Below, piece after piece: positions 1 to 9,469 of a DNA stretch of 64,000 nucleotides. A model generated the notes under the pieces. It ran no database searches and was not told the origin of the DNA. It saw only the letters and a program-made list of their open reading frames with translations. Position 1 is the stretch's first letter. Every line of letters starts with the position of its first letter. A program made the position numbers and the translations under genes. This DNA is from Oceanispirochaeta sp. (GTDB lineage: Bacteria > Spirochaetota > Spirochaetia > DSM-2461): the NCBI GenBank assembly GCA_963663385.2, contig CAXXXD010000002.1, positions 288,001 through 352,000 of the forward strand. Reading direction: 5' to 3'.

Positions 1-202
1 TGGGGAAATATGCATAAAAAGTCAATAAAAATGAATATTTATCTATGAATTGTCTGTTTTAAAGGGTTTGATACATCGATTTTCGATATTTATACTTTGT
101 TTTGACAGGGGGTAGAAAGAAAAATGACAACTTTCATCGTACAGGGTTAATCGGGTGGGGGACTACGGAGCGAATTCGAAGAAGCCAATCCAATAAGTCT
201 GC

Positions 203-931
203 TTACAGAATACACTTATTCCAAAAAAAGGCTTCCCCGTCAAACCTGTCCGCCTGAAAAGCATAAATCGCTTTTTCCTTCTGTATCCCGGTGGACTTCA
301 TCCAGGCCAGGGCAAGAGGATACCGGGGAAAGGTATACAGCAGGAAATCCCGGTTTAATGTAATAGAGGGGTTTTTCAGACCGGCGGCAATTCCCTCCCC
401 CGAAGCCTTGAGACAAGCTTCCTTTAAAGTCCACATCCGGAAGAAATATCTCATCCGTTCTTTTTCGGTTGGCAGGACGGAAAAATGCCTGGATTCGTCC
501 GGAGTCAAGGTTTGGGCGGCCAGTTCGGCAACCGGTTTATCCGGATCAAAAAGCTCTATATCAACTCCCAGTTCTGTTTCTTTTCCTATGGCCAGAGCAG
601 TATGGCTGCCGCTGCGGGAAAGATTGAACGTTACATCTGTGAACCCAGGCAGAAAAGGTTTTCCTTTTACGGATCTCCCGAAAGAAACTTCCGAAGGTGC
701 CATCCCGGTATAGCAGCCGAGGAGGGATCTCATCATCAGTCTGGAATACAGGTAGCTTTTCCGGAGATGTTCATAGCGGTATTTCCGGAGTTGAAGTTTC
801 TCTTCCCGGCTGAGCCAGTGCAGGGGAACGCTGTTCAACTCCTTCTGGAGTGCTTCGGCATCCGCCAGAAACAGCAGGATGCGGGAAGAGGATAGTTCAG
901 GTAGACCGGAACAGGCCCTGCGATGAATCAA
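203..931 (-). CDS. Sfp-type 4'-phosphopantetheinyl transferase
   Basis: Motifs GKP, FNLSRS (usually FNLSHS), LGVDIE, FFRMWTLKEACLKASGEG; TTG start overlaps the stop of the upstream REC-REC gene. Confidence 0.88.
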   Translation of the reverse strand: MIHRRACSGLPELSSSRILLFLADAEALQKELNSVPLHWLSREEKLQLRKYRYEHLRKSYLYSRLMMRSLLGCYTGMAPSEVSFGRSVKGKPFLPGFTDVTFNLSRSGSHTALAIGKETELGVDIELFDPDKPVAELAAQTLTPDESRHFSVLPTEKERMRYFFRMWTLKEACLKASGEGIAAGLKNPSITLNRDFLLYTFPRYPLALAWMKSTGIQKEKAIYAFQADRFDGEAFFWNKCIL

Positions 932-1653
932 GAGTCCTGTCTGGCCAGTTTTTCTTCCAGAATATTCAGCAGATGTTCCGGCTTAAAAGGCTTGGATAGA
1001 ATCCCGGTGACTTTCAGTGAACGGAGCTGACTGATAGCCTCTTCTTCTTCATCGCAATAAGCCGATATGATGATGGTGGGTACAATCCGGTTCATTTCTT
1101 TCAGTTTCAGATAGACTTCAAGCCCCGACATGATAGGCAGTCGGAGATCCAGAAGAAGAAGATCCACCTCTCTGTTCATCATTTCATTTATGGCGTCTTC
1201 TCCATTGTAGGCTGTGCATATGGAGTAACCGGCGGTTGTCAGAATTTCCTCAACGGATTCCACAAAGGAGGGATTGTCATCCACTACCAGAACGATACCG
1301 TCGGGTTTTACCTCCTCTACCAGAGAAAGGACCTCTTCCATTTCAAAGGGTTTGTGCATAACCTTAAGGGCGCCGTGGTCGATGGCCTGCTGGATAAGTT
1401 CTTCCATGCGGTAGCCGGTCATGATGACGACCTTGCAATCCGGCTGAATCTTCTCCATTTCCATAAAACAGTCAACACCGTTCATTCCGGGGAGTTTCAC
1501 ATCCAGAAAAGCTATATCATATTTATTTTTTCTGAAAATTTCTAAAGCGCTTTCCGCATCGTAAACAGTATCTACCAGGTAATCTTCCATTTCCAGAGCA
1601 TCGCAGATACTGTCTGCCAGATCCACGTTATCATCGACAACCAAAATTCTCAT
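928..1653 (-). CDS. Response regulator made of two tandem receiver domains, no output domain
   Basis: Two REC units: VVDDN...FLDVKLP...MTGY...KPF and VVDDN...LLDLRLP...ISAY...KPF. Confidence 0.9.
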   Translation of the reverse strand: MRILVVDDNVDLADSICDALEMEDYLVDTVYDAESALEIFRKNKYDIAFLDVKLPGMNGVDCFMEMEKIQPDCKVVIMTGYRMEELIQQAIDHGALKVMHKPFEMEEVLSLVEEVKPDGIVLVVDDNPSFVESVEEILTTAGYSICTAYNGEDAINEMMNREVDLLLLDLRLPIMSGLEVYLKLKEMNRIVPTIIISAYCDEEEEAISQLRSLKVTGILSKPFKPEHLLNILEEKLARQDS

Positions 1654-1796
1654 TTTTTTAACCTTAAATTTCTTTTTAGCTGAATTCCTATTTATTTTAT
1701 GGCTATTTTACCGCTAAATACCCGAGTTATCAAGAAGAATGAAGAATGTTATCAATGGATTATTAATCAGATTTCAGGTGTTTACTGAATAATGAT

Positions 1797-2536
1797 TTAT
1801 ACTATTATGCTATGGACTCCGTAAAGAAGAATATATTGATTCTGGATGAAAACAGGGGATTCGCCCATACTTTGAAGGAGGCTGTTCAGAATATGCTCTT
1901 TAACTGCTCTGTTGCTGTGGTTGGCATACATAAAATCCAGAAAGCTGCTGAAATCCCGGACTTCCAGGGGGTACCCGGCTTCTGTAATTAAAGTACCCAT
2001 TTTATTGATGCTTATGGTATGGGGGTTGATTATATGGTGTATTTCGTTTTCCAGTTCCTTTCTGTCAAAAAGCAGAACAACCGCTTTGCTGGAGTAATCC
2101 ACATAGGAAAAATCCAGGGGCCTGTGCTTGATCTTCGGGTAGGAACCGAGCTTTATATAGGATTTCACTGAAGTGTAGAAGGCGTTTTCATGGATGTTTT
2201 TCTGAAATTTCCCGTTTCCCTGTTGAAAACCAGATCTCCCGTACGGAGAACGATTCTGTCCGGAAAGTCATTAAACAGGTCCCTGTCAAAGTAAAATTCC
2301 AATTGCCTGCGGAGACGGTTTTCCGCTTCATCCGCAGATACCCTTCTGACAAGGGGGTGGATCGCGGCATCGGTTTCTTCCAGAAGATCCCTTAGTATAT
2401 GGCATCCCAGATACCCGGTCGCCCCGGTCAGCAGAATATGCCGGTATTTGACCCGCGAGGACAAATCCATCATAAGGTACCGGCTGTTTTTACGGGTATA
2501 CCGTTCCATCTCGCCCATAATGGACGTTAAATCCAC
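1797..2536 (-). pseudogene. NRPS terminal thioester-reductase (R) domain, internally deleted and frameshifted
   Basis: ILLTGATGYLG Rossmann motif; after the shift FQKNIHENAFY...DFSYVD...HHIINP; no YxxxK catalytic segment. Confidence 0.82.
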
Positions 2537-3186
2537 CCTGGAGTTGTCTTCTGCCCCTCTTTTATTCCCGGCAGAGCTGTCCGGGCTTCCCAGTCCTCCA
2601 GATACTCCTTCCAGTAGAGGGACGATGCTTCATGGTCTCTCTCATCCCTCCACTGGAGGAATTTGTAATAATCCCCCCGGATGGGGGACGAATCACCCGA
2701 AAACATCTCCTTCAAAAAAATTCCCAGGCACCAGCCGTCCAGCAGGATGTGGTGAAAGCTGAAGAAAATCCGGTGTTTTGAATCTTCCTCCCGGAGTACT
2801 CTCAGCCGGCAGGGGGGACGTTCCGTCAGGGTAAAAGGAGTGTTCCGGTCTTCTTCCCTGTACCGGTTGATATATTCCCTCTTCTCAGAGCCGGTCAGAT
2901 GGGAGATGTCCCGGTATTCCACCGGATTGTCTGTTTTTTCCAGTACTACCTGCCTGGGATGGCGCATCCCTTCATAAGGGAAAATGGTCCTGAGTATTTC
3001 ATGCCTGTCAAGGAGTCCCTGCCACCTGGATTCAAAGAGATTCTGATCAAAACTGCCCGACAGGGTGAAACCGAGCTGTTCAAAGTAGGTCCCCGTCGAG
3101 GGATTTCGCATATGGGCCAGCAGCATCCCCTCCTGCAGGGGCGTAAGAGGACAGACCCGGACCGCTTCGTGGGGCAGCCGTTCCAT
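2527..3186 (-). pseudogene. NRPS condensation domain, N-terminal half (follows E, so probably DCL type)
   Basis: PLTPLQEGML, YFEQ, RHEILRT, FHHILLDGWC; truncated after YWKEYL. Confidence 0.85.
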
Positions 3187-4135
3187 CTACTGTTCGGTCA
3201 GAGAGCTGTCTCCGTAGTCCCAGGGGGTTCTGCAGGTCACCTTCCTCTTTCTGCAGTGCCGGATTATCTCATAAAGCCGGGTTTTGTATTGCTCAGCCAG
3301 TTCCCTGATTGTCACCTCGTTAAATCTCCGGCTGTTGTAAGCGAAAATCAGACGGAGCGACCCTGATTCCACCAGACCGTTTATATCCAGTGCATAGGGA
3401 AAGGGGCAGTCCGGGGCCATGGACAATTCCAGTCCGGTGAGTTCGTTGAACACGCCCAGGTAATTGAAACTGACCTCCGGCGTTTTGTTCAGATGGGGAA
3501 ATCCGGATTTTTCCGGGTTTGTCAGGTAGCGTATTATCCCGTATCCGATGCCTTTACGGGGAATCTTCCGCAGGGTCTCCTTGATAGCAGGGATCTGCCG
3601 GGACAAATCCGCCCCTTTTTCTCCTTCAAGCAGCACGGGGTAGCTGCTGGTGAACCAGCCGACCGACCGGGAAGTGTCTCTGCCGTCGCCCGGATCTTCC
3701 CTGCCGTGCCCTTCCAGATTCAGATAGAGGGGCGTTCCGTTGTTCCACTGAGTAAAGGCCCGGGACAAAGCGCAGAGGAGCAGGTCGTTTATTTCGGTGT
3801 TGTAGGCATGATGGCAGTCGTTCAGCAGAGAAGCTGTTTTACTGATGTCAAGGTTAATCTCCCACTGGGCCATTTCCCCTCTGGTGCAGGGGCCTGCCGG
3901 CCTGTCTTCCCTGAGGGCGGGAAGGGGGGCTTTCTCCAGTTTTTCCCAGTAGGGGAGTTCCCGGCGGAACAGATGGGATGACGCGTATTCCTCCAGGGCC
4001 GGGGCCCATTGGTTGAAGGGTGCGGTCTTCGGCGGGAGAATCGATAGTCACCTTCTGGTTCCAGTGATGGGGACTGGGAAAGTTCTGTTCGAAAAACCAC
4101 TTCTGGATGGGGGTGAGGGGGGCCGGACCGGTCAC
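3187..4135 (-). pseudogene. NRPS epimerization domain, split and lacking its catalytic core
   Basis: 4135-4055 VTGPAPLTPIQKWFFEQ..HHWNQ; second frame 4047-3187 LPPKT..W...EGHGRE, SRSVGWFTSSYP, PRKGIGYG, FNYLG, TPWDY; no HHxxxDxVSW segment. Confidence 0.85.
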
Positions 4136-4734
4136 TGGTTTGTCCGATGCGGTTTCGGCAGGGCCTTGCGGTCCACTTTGCCGTTAGCCGTCAGGGGGAG
4201 GGCGTCCAGGAAAACAAAACAGGAGGGGACCATATAGTCCGGCAGCTCTGCGGCCAGATGCTTCTCAAGATCGTCCCGGGTTACTTCCCCGCTGCTCACC
4301 ACATAGGCGCAGAGGCTTTTTCCTGTTTTCTCCTCTACAGCTTCAACAACCGTTTCCCGTACTCCCGCAACCCCCGCCAGAGTGGACTCTATTTCGCCGG
4401 GTTCTATCCGGTAACCGCGGATCTTTACCTGTTGATCGATCCGTCCCAGAAACTCTAAATTCCCGTCGGGCAGCCAGCGGGCCAGATCCCCGGTTCGGTA
4501 GATCCTCTCTCCCGGGCGGAAGGGATCGGGAATGAATTTTTCAGCGGTCAGTTCCGGTCTGTTCAGATACCCCCGGGCGACTCCGGCGCCGCCGATGCAG
4601 ATTTCTCCGGGAACTCCCAGGGGCAGGAGCCTCTGGCTGGAATCGAGGATATAGATGCGGGTGTTGGCTATGGGGGCGCCTATGGAAATCCCGTTTTTCG
4701 TACTTTCCAGGGAACAGCTGGCTGACTTTTTTTT
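4132..4734 (-). pseudogene. NRPS adenylation domain C-terminal half (A6-A10); start-less frame absent from the ORF track
   Basis: Hand translation: IGAPIANTRIYILD...GEICIGGAGVARGYLNRPELT...YRTGDLARWLPDG...GRIDQQVKIRGYRIEPGEIE...LPDYMVP...NGKVDRKALPKP. Confidence 0.92.
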
Positions 4735-5984
4735 TCAGGATAATTGATACCATTTTTAACGAGTGTAATTAGTGAATTATATAGGGATTGAATATCTTCC
4801 GGTTGAAATAGATCCGATTGATAATCAATTTCCCATTTTGGGCGTTCCGATCCTTCTCTTTCAACCAGATGAATAACTAAGGGAAAAGATTCCAAGCCAT
4901 TGAAATGCCAATGATTATTTATACTTACCGGCTTATTTTCATAAGAGAATATGACTTTAAATAGATTTTGCTTAAAATTCTGATCACTTCTAATATCTTC
5001 CATTAATAAGTTGAAAGGATATTTCTGATTCCTGAAAAGGCTGATGAAATCACGGGAAACCTGTTTTATAATTTCCTGAAAAGTGTCACATGCTGTCATT
5101 TTTTGTCGGTAGGGAAGAAGGTTGACAAACATTCCGGCAGTTTGTTTTTCCGCCGATCCGGTTCTGTTGTGGGTAGGTGTCCCTATAATAAAATCCTCTT
5201 GTCCGGTTATCCGGAAAATATAAATGCTCAATACTGAGAAAAAAAGGGTGAATAGTGATATTTTTTGTTCCTGACAAAAGGTATTGAGGTTCCCAGTAAA
5301 ATCAGATGGTAGATATTTAACGAACCGCTCGGCCTGTTTCACACCGGAATAATTTTCCAAAGTCGGATAATTTAATGGTTCAGGCAGATTGAGGAGATAG
5401 TCTCTCCAGAAAATTCTATTCATTTCAAATCGTTTGGATTTCAGGTATTCTTTTTCATTTTTTATAAAGGACAGGTAGGATGGAAAGTCCTGAGTTGATA
5501 ATCCTTCATCTTTATTGAGCTTTTCATAAAAAGTTTTAACACGATCTCCCAATATGCCATTAGTCCACCCATCACAAATAATATGATGGCAATTTATAAG
5601 AAATCCTTCATCTCCATTGCTGTAACGGATCATATAAAAGCGGTAAAGATTTGAATTAATCAAATTGAATGGAGAGCTCGTTTCTTTTTTTATCCACTTA
5701 TCTTCCTTTTTCTCTCCACCCTTTTTCGAGAAATCAAATAGCGGGACTGTGAAGGGGATATAATTGTTTATTTTCTGAACGGGCTCTCCATTAATTTCCA
5801 TAAATGTAAGCCGTAGGCCATCACTGACTTGAACTAAATAATTTATAGCTTTGTTAAGTAAATCAAAATCAACTGAATACTCAAATCTGAAAGTAACAGA
5901 TATGTTATAGAGATTTGTTCCCGGATACAATTTTTCAGAAAACCATATTCTTTTTTGAGGATGTGTCAGGGACGTTTTTAACAT
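4680..5984 (-). CDS. NRPS N-terminal (starter) condensation domain; reading frame ends just after the domain
   Basis: LTHPQKRIWF, YNI, CHHIICDGW (HHxxxDG), IGTPTHNR, GMFVNLLP, QKYPF. Confidence 0.85.
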   Translation of the reverse strand: MLKTSLTHPQKRIWFSEKLYPGTNLYNISVTFRFEYSVDFDLLNKAINYLVQVSDGLRLTFMEINGEPVQKINNYIPFTVPLFDFSKKGGEKKEDKWIKKETSSPFNLINSNLYRFYMIRYSNGDEGFLINCHHIICDGWTNGILGDRVKTFYEKLNKDEGLSTQDFPSYLSFIKNEKEYLKSKRFEMNRIFWRDYLLNLPEPLNYPTLENYSGVKQAERFVKYLPSDFTGNLNTFCQEQKISLFTLFFSVLSIYIFRITGQEDFIIGTPTHNRTGSAEKQTAGMFVNLLPYRQKMTACDTFQEIIKQVSRDFISLFRNQKYPFNLLMEDIRSDQNFKQNLFKVIFSYENKPVSINNHWHFNGLESFPLVIHLVEREGSERPKWEIDYQSDLFQPEDIQSLYNSLITLVKNGINYPEKKSQPAVPWKVRKTGFP

Positions 5985-6133
5985 TGTAAGTTATTCCTTT
6001 ATCAGTGATTACTTTCGTTGTACCTTTGAAGACTCTAGTTTTGTGAAGAATAAATATGAGTTGACAGTGGGTATTTATTGAATTAATCTGCGATAGTATG
6101 TTCATTTCTTGTTGAAAATATGGAGGCACTTTG

Positions 6134-7009
6134 ATGAAAGGTTATTTATTAAAAGGATTTACTGGATTTATTTTTTTTGCCTTAGTTTTAAATTTCACAG
6201 GATGCAACCGTAAAACTAATGTCACTGTTGAAACAGTATCAGATAATCTGGTTGAAGTAGAAAAACCCTTAGAACAAGTTCCCGGTAATCAAAGTCAAAA
6301 CCCATTGTTGGCTATTTTCCCTGAAGATGAGTTGATTTTAGCTGTCAGATCCGATTATGAGCCATTTATGTGGTTGGATTCAAATGGTGAACTTACAGGC
6401 TGGCTGGTAGATGTTGAAAGAACAATTTGGGACGAATTAGGTCAATCATATAGGATGGTTCCATACGATGATGTTGGTAAAATGGGGCAGGATGTAAAAT
6501 CCGGTGTTGCTCATGCTGCTCTTGCAGTTCCTTATACTCCTGATTATGAAAAGATTTTTAATTTAGGAGAACCCTGGATCTTTATGGACCTGATGGTTTT
6601 TGTAAGACAGGAAACAGACAGTATTGGAGGTGATACTTCTGAAGAGTGTATTGAGTCCCTTTTTGGAAAAAAAGTGGGGGTACAGGTAAGGGGAATTGAG
6701 TACAATTTATTAAGGGAATACAAGGATATTGAACTGCAGGAATATGAGACTGGAACTGTAGCTATCCGTAAATTGGCCGAAGGCTCTGTTGATGCTAAGC
6801 TTGAACTGATGCAGCCTGCTCTTTATCAGGTAAAAAATGAAAATCTTAAGATAAAGCCGGTCGGGGTTCCTTTGATGACTGTACAAGGCTCCCTGGGGTT
6901 CTACAAAGGATTGGATCCGGAAATCGTCGACAGGTATAATGCCGCTTTAAAATCCATTCGGGAAAATGGAACATTCGACCGGATCTATAAAAAATGGTTT
7001 GGCGAGTAA
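6134..7009 (+). CDS. Polar amino-acid-type substrate-binding lipoprotein (SBP family 3)
   Basis: Lipobox FTGC; DYEPF, GELTG..VD, GKKVGV, NAALKSIRENGTFDRIYKKW; GGAGG RBS at 6122-6126. Confidence 0.85.
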   Translation: MKGYLLKGFTGFIFFALVLNFTGCNRKTNVTVETVSDNLVEVEKPLEQVPGNQSQNPLLAIFPEDELILAVRSDYEPFMWLDSNGELTGWLVDVERTIWDELGQSYRMVPYDDVGKMGQDVKSGVAHAALAVPYTPDYEKIFNLGEPWIFMDLMVFVRQETDSIGGDTSEECIESLFGKKVGVQVRGIEYNLLREYKDIELQEYETGTVAIRKLAEGSVDAKLELMQPALYQVKNENLKIKPVGVPLMTVQGSLGFYKGLDPEIVDRYNAALKSIRENGTFDRIYKKWFGE

Positions 7010-7199
7010 GTATGAATTACTAAGGGTATCTGTATTGTCCAGATTATCTCATTTTGTATATAGGTTACTTATAAAGTATTATACTGAAAATGGATAATTG
7101 TTTTCTGGCAGGGAATTTCCCGTTTTGTGATTAATACAATTCCTGTTTATCAATTCATTGACAGGTCATATTTATTCAAGTAATCTTTACTGGCATTAT

Positions 7200-9467
7200 A
7201 TGAAAATCAGAACAAAAACCATTATAAGTATAACCGGGTCATTTTTACTGCTTTCGTTCGGTTTGGGAATTACCTACTATTCTGTATCTGCCAAACGGCT
7301 GCGGATGGAATCTGAAAAAAAACTGAACCTGATGAGTCAGAGTTATGCCACTCAGATCAACCTCACTCTGAATAACTATTCACGGGTAGTCCGGGATTAT
7401 GCCGCCCAGGTACTGGTTACCACCTATATACCGGACCTGTTTAAGGAAAGCAAACGGGTCTACCCGGAATTCAATCAGTTTTTTTATACATCACTGGAAG
7501 GAAAAGTTTCGGAAATCTATCCCTATGAACAGACATGGATGGCTGAGGATTTCTCCAAACTGTCCTTCTGGAAAAATGCCAGGGAGAAGCAGAAGCTTGT
7601 TCTGCAGGTGGACTACAGTACTTTCGGTAAACCTGTCCTGGTTTTTTCCCTCCCCATAGTTTCCTACTTTCTGGCCGAATCCGAACCGAATCTCCACGGC
7701 ATCCTGATAGCGACCCTACCGCTGGAATCCCTGATGGTGCAATATGGTCAAATTTCTATTGGTTCAACCGGCAGTCTGATCGTCCTGGATGACAGGATGA
7801 ATATTCTGAGTCACTCACTCTCTTCCGAGTCGGAAGGGTTGTCTTTTGAAGCGTGGGGGGGAGAAGGTGTTCTGGACATAATCCCCTGGCTGGAGGACGG
7901 CTATATGGGTACGGCAGACTTTTCCCGGGGAAAACAGAGGTATTTCACATCTTTTTATCCAATCAAAACCACCGGGTGGTCCCTGCTGCTCGTTCAGTCT
8001 GTAAATGAATTGAGTCAGAATATGCGGAGTGTGGTTATCCTGATTTTTGCTTCTTTTCTGGTCAGTATAATGCTGGCCTCCCTTATAACAACCTATCTTA
8101 TGAGCCGGATAACCAGGCCTCTGAATGACAATCTTCAGGTTCTGAAGGATATCGCGGAAGGCAGCGGCGAGTTCAAGGGAATGAAAAAAATAAGTTCCCA
8201 TGACGAATTTGAAGAACTGTCCGACTATTTCAGAAAAATCTTTGCCAGAATGGATGAAGTGGCACAAAACCTGAATGTGGATCTCCAGAAGGAACGGTGG
8301 GAGAAGAATATAACCATGAACGCCCTGGAGGATACCCAGAGGCGCTTCAAGGCAATATTCGACAACACATTCCAGCTGATGTTTCTGATCAACCCCGCAG
8401 GATTAATAATAGAAGTGAACCAGTCGCTTTTATCCTTCCAGGGGGAAAAACGGGATAATCTTGTCAACACCCCATTCCGGGACGCTGACTGGTGGGACGG
8501 CGAGGATGATAAAAAGATGGTAAGGCAGTTTGTAACTCAAAGCCTGGAAGGCACATTCTGCCGGCATGAATTCCTGTTACGTGGAAAAAACGGAAATCAT
8601 ACTTTTGATTTTACCTTTAAACCGATCCTGAATGATGACGGTACGGCGGCCATGCTGATTGTTGAAGGCCGGGATATTACAGTCAGAAAGGTTATGGAAA
8701 AGGAGCTGGAAGCCCACAGGAACCGTCTGAAGGAAATGGTTGAGGAAAAAACAGCCGAGTTGAATGAAGCCCATAAAGAGCTGATTAAGCAGAGCAAGCT
8801 GGCAACCCTGGGTAAACTGACTGCTGTCGTCAGCCATGAAATCCGGAATCCCCTGGCAACGATCCGCAGTTCATCTTTTGTGTTAAAAAGGAAAATCAGG
8901 AGAGAAGACGAAAAGATCCAGAATGTTCTGCAGAGGATAGAACGGAATGTTATCCGCTGCGATACAATTATAGAAGATCTTCTGAGTTATACCAGAGAAA
9001 CCAAACTTGATATAAAAAATGTAAATGTTGATGAGTGGCTCCTGACTTTCAAGGAATATTTTGATTCAAACGAACAGGGCGCTGATGTCGCATTCCAGCT
9101 GGGTTCCGGCGCGGTCTCCCATTTGGATACGGAAAGATTCAGAAGGGTTATAATCAATCTGGTTAGCAATGCTGTCCAGGCCGTTGACCAGAAGGACTAC
9201 GGCAAGGATGCAAAACCTGAAGTCATTGTCCGGACAGAAAAAGTCGGTGAAAATGTTTTTATTCATATCAAGGATAACGGTTCAGGTATTTCGGAAGAAA
9301 ACTGTGCAAAAATATTCGAACCCTTATTCAGTACAAAGAGTTTCGGGATCGGGTTGGGACTGCCTATTGTGAAGCAGCTGATTGAAAAGCATGACGGCGT
9401 CTTGTCATTTAAATCTGAGGTGGGAATCGGGACAACCTTTACCATCTCTTTACCGGTGGCTGAGTAG
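7200..9467 (+). CDS. Membrane sensor histidine kinase (Cache-like, HAMP, PAS, HisKA, HATPase)
   Basis: Two TM helices; SHEIRNPL H-box; NLVSNA, DNGSGI, FEPLFSTK, GIGLGL. Confidence 0.92.
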   Translation: MKIRTKTIISITGSFLLLSFGLGITYYSVSAKRLRMESEKKLNLMSQSYATQINLTLNNYSRVVRDYAAQVLVTTYIPDLFKESKRVYPEFNQFFYTSLEGKVSEIYPYEQTWMAEDFSKLSFWKNAREKQKLVLQVDYSTFGKPVLVFSLPIVSYFLAESEPNLHGILIATLPLESLMVQYGQISIGSTGSLIVLDDRMNILSHSLSSESEGLSFEAWGGEGVLDIIPWLEDGYMGTADFSRGKQRYFTSFYPIKTTGWSLLLVQSVNELSQNMRSVVILIFASFLVSIMLASLITTYLMSRITRPLNDNLQVLKDIAEGSGEFKGMKKISSHDEFEELSDYFRKIFARMDEVAQNLNVDLQKERWEKNITMNALEDTQRRFKAIFDNTFQLMFLINPAGLIIEVNQSLLSFQGEKRDNLVNTPFRDADWWDGEDDKKMVRQFVTQSLEGTFCRHEFLLRGKNGNHTFDFTFKPILNDDGTAAMLIVEGRDITVRKVMEKELEAHRNRLKEMVEEKTAELNEAHKELIKQSKLATLGKLTAVVSHEIRNPLATIRSSSFVLKRKIRREDEKIQNVLQRIERNVIRCDTIIEDLLSYTRETKLDIKNVNVDEWLLTFKEYFDSNEQGADVAFQLGSGAVSHLDTERFRRVIINLVSNAVQAVDQKDYGKDAKPEVIVRTEKVGENVFIHIKDNGSGISEENCAKIFEPLFSTKSFGIGLGLPIVKQLIEKHDGVLSFKSEVGIGTTFTISLPVAE

Positions 9468-9469
9468 GT

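Larger units (their letters stand above)
1797..5984 (-). pseudogene. Degraded non-ribosomal peptide synthetase: C(starter)-A(partial)-E(partial)-C(partial)-thioester reductase(partial)
   Basis: Collinear NRPS domain fragments in changing frames; internal deletions; frameshifts near 4727-4735 and 2205-2210; in-frame TAG at 3187-3189; no carrier-domain GGxS motif seen. Confidence 0.9.

Noticed and set aside
140..200. GGTGGGGGACTACGGAGCGAATTCGAA, superficially like a reversed tRNA end or att site
   Set aside because: No cloverleaf can be built and I found no second copy in the window.
3187..3189. Pyrrolysine or programmed readthrough of the in-frame TAG
   Set aside because: It sits in a locus with many other inactivating lesions, and no pyl genes are in the window.
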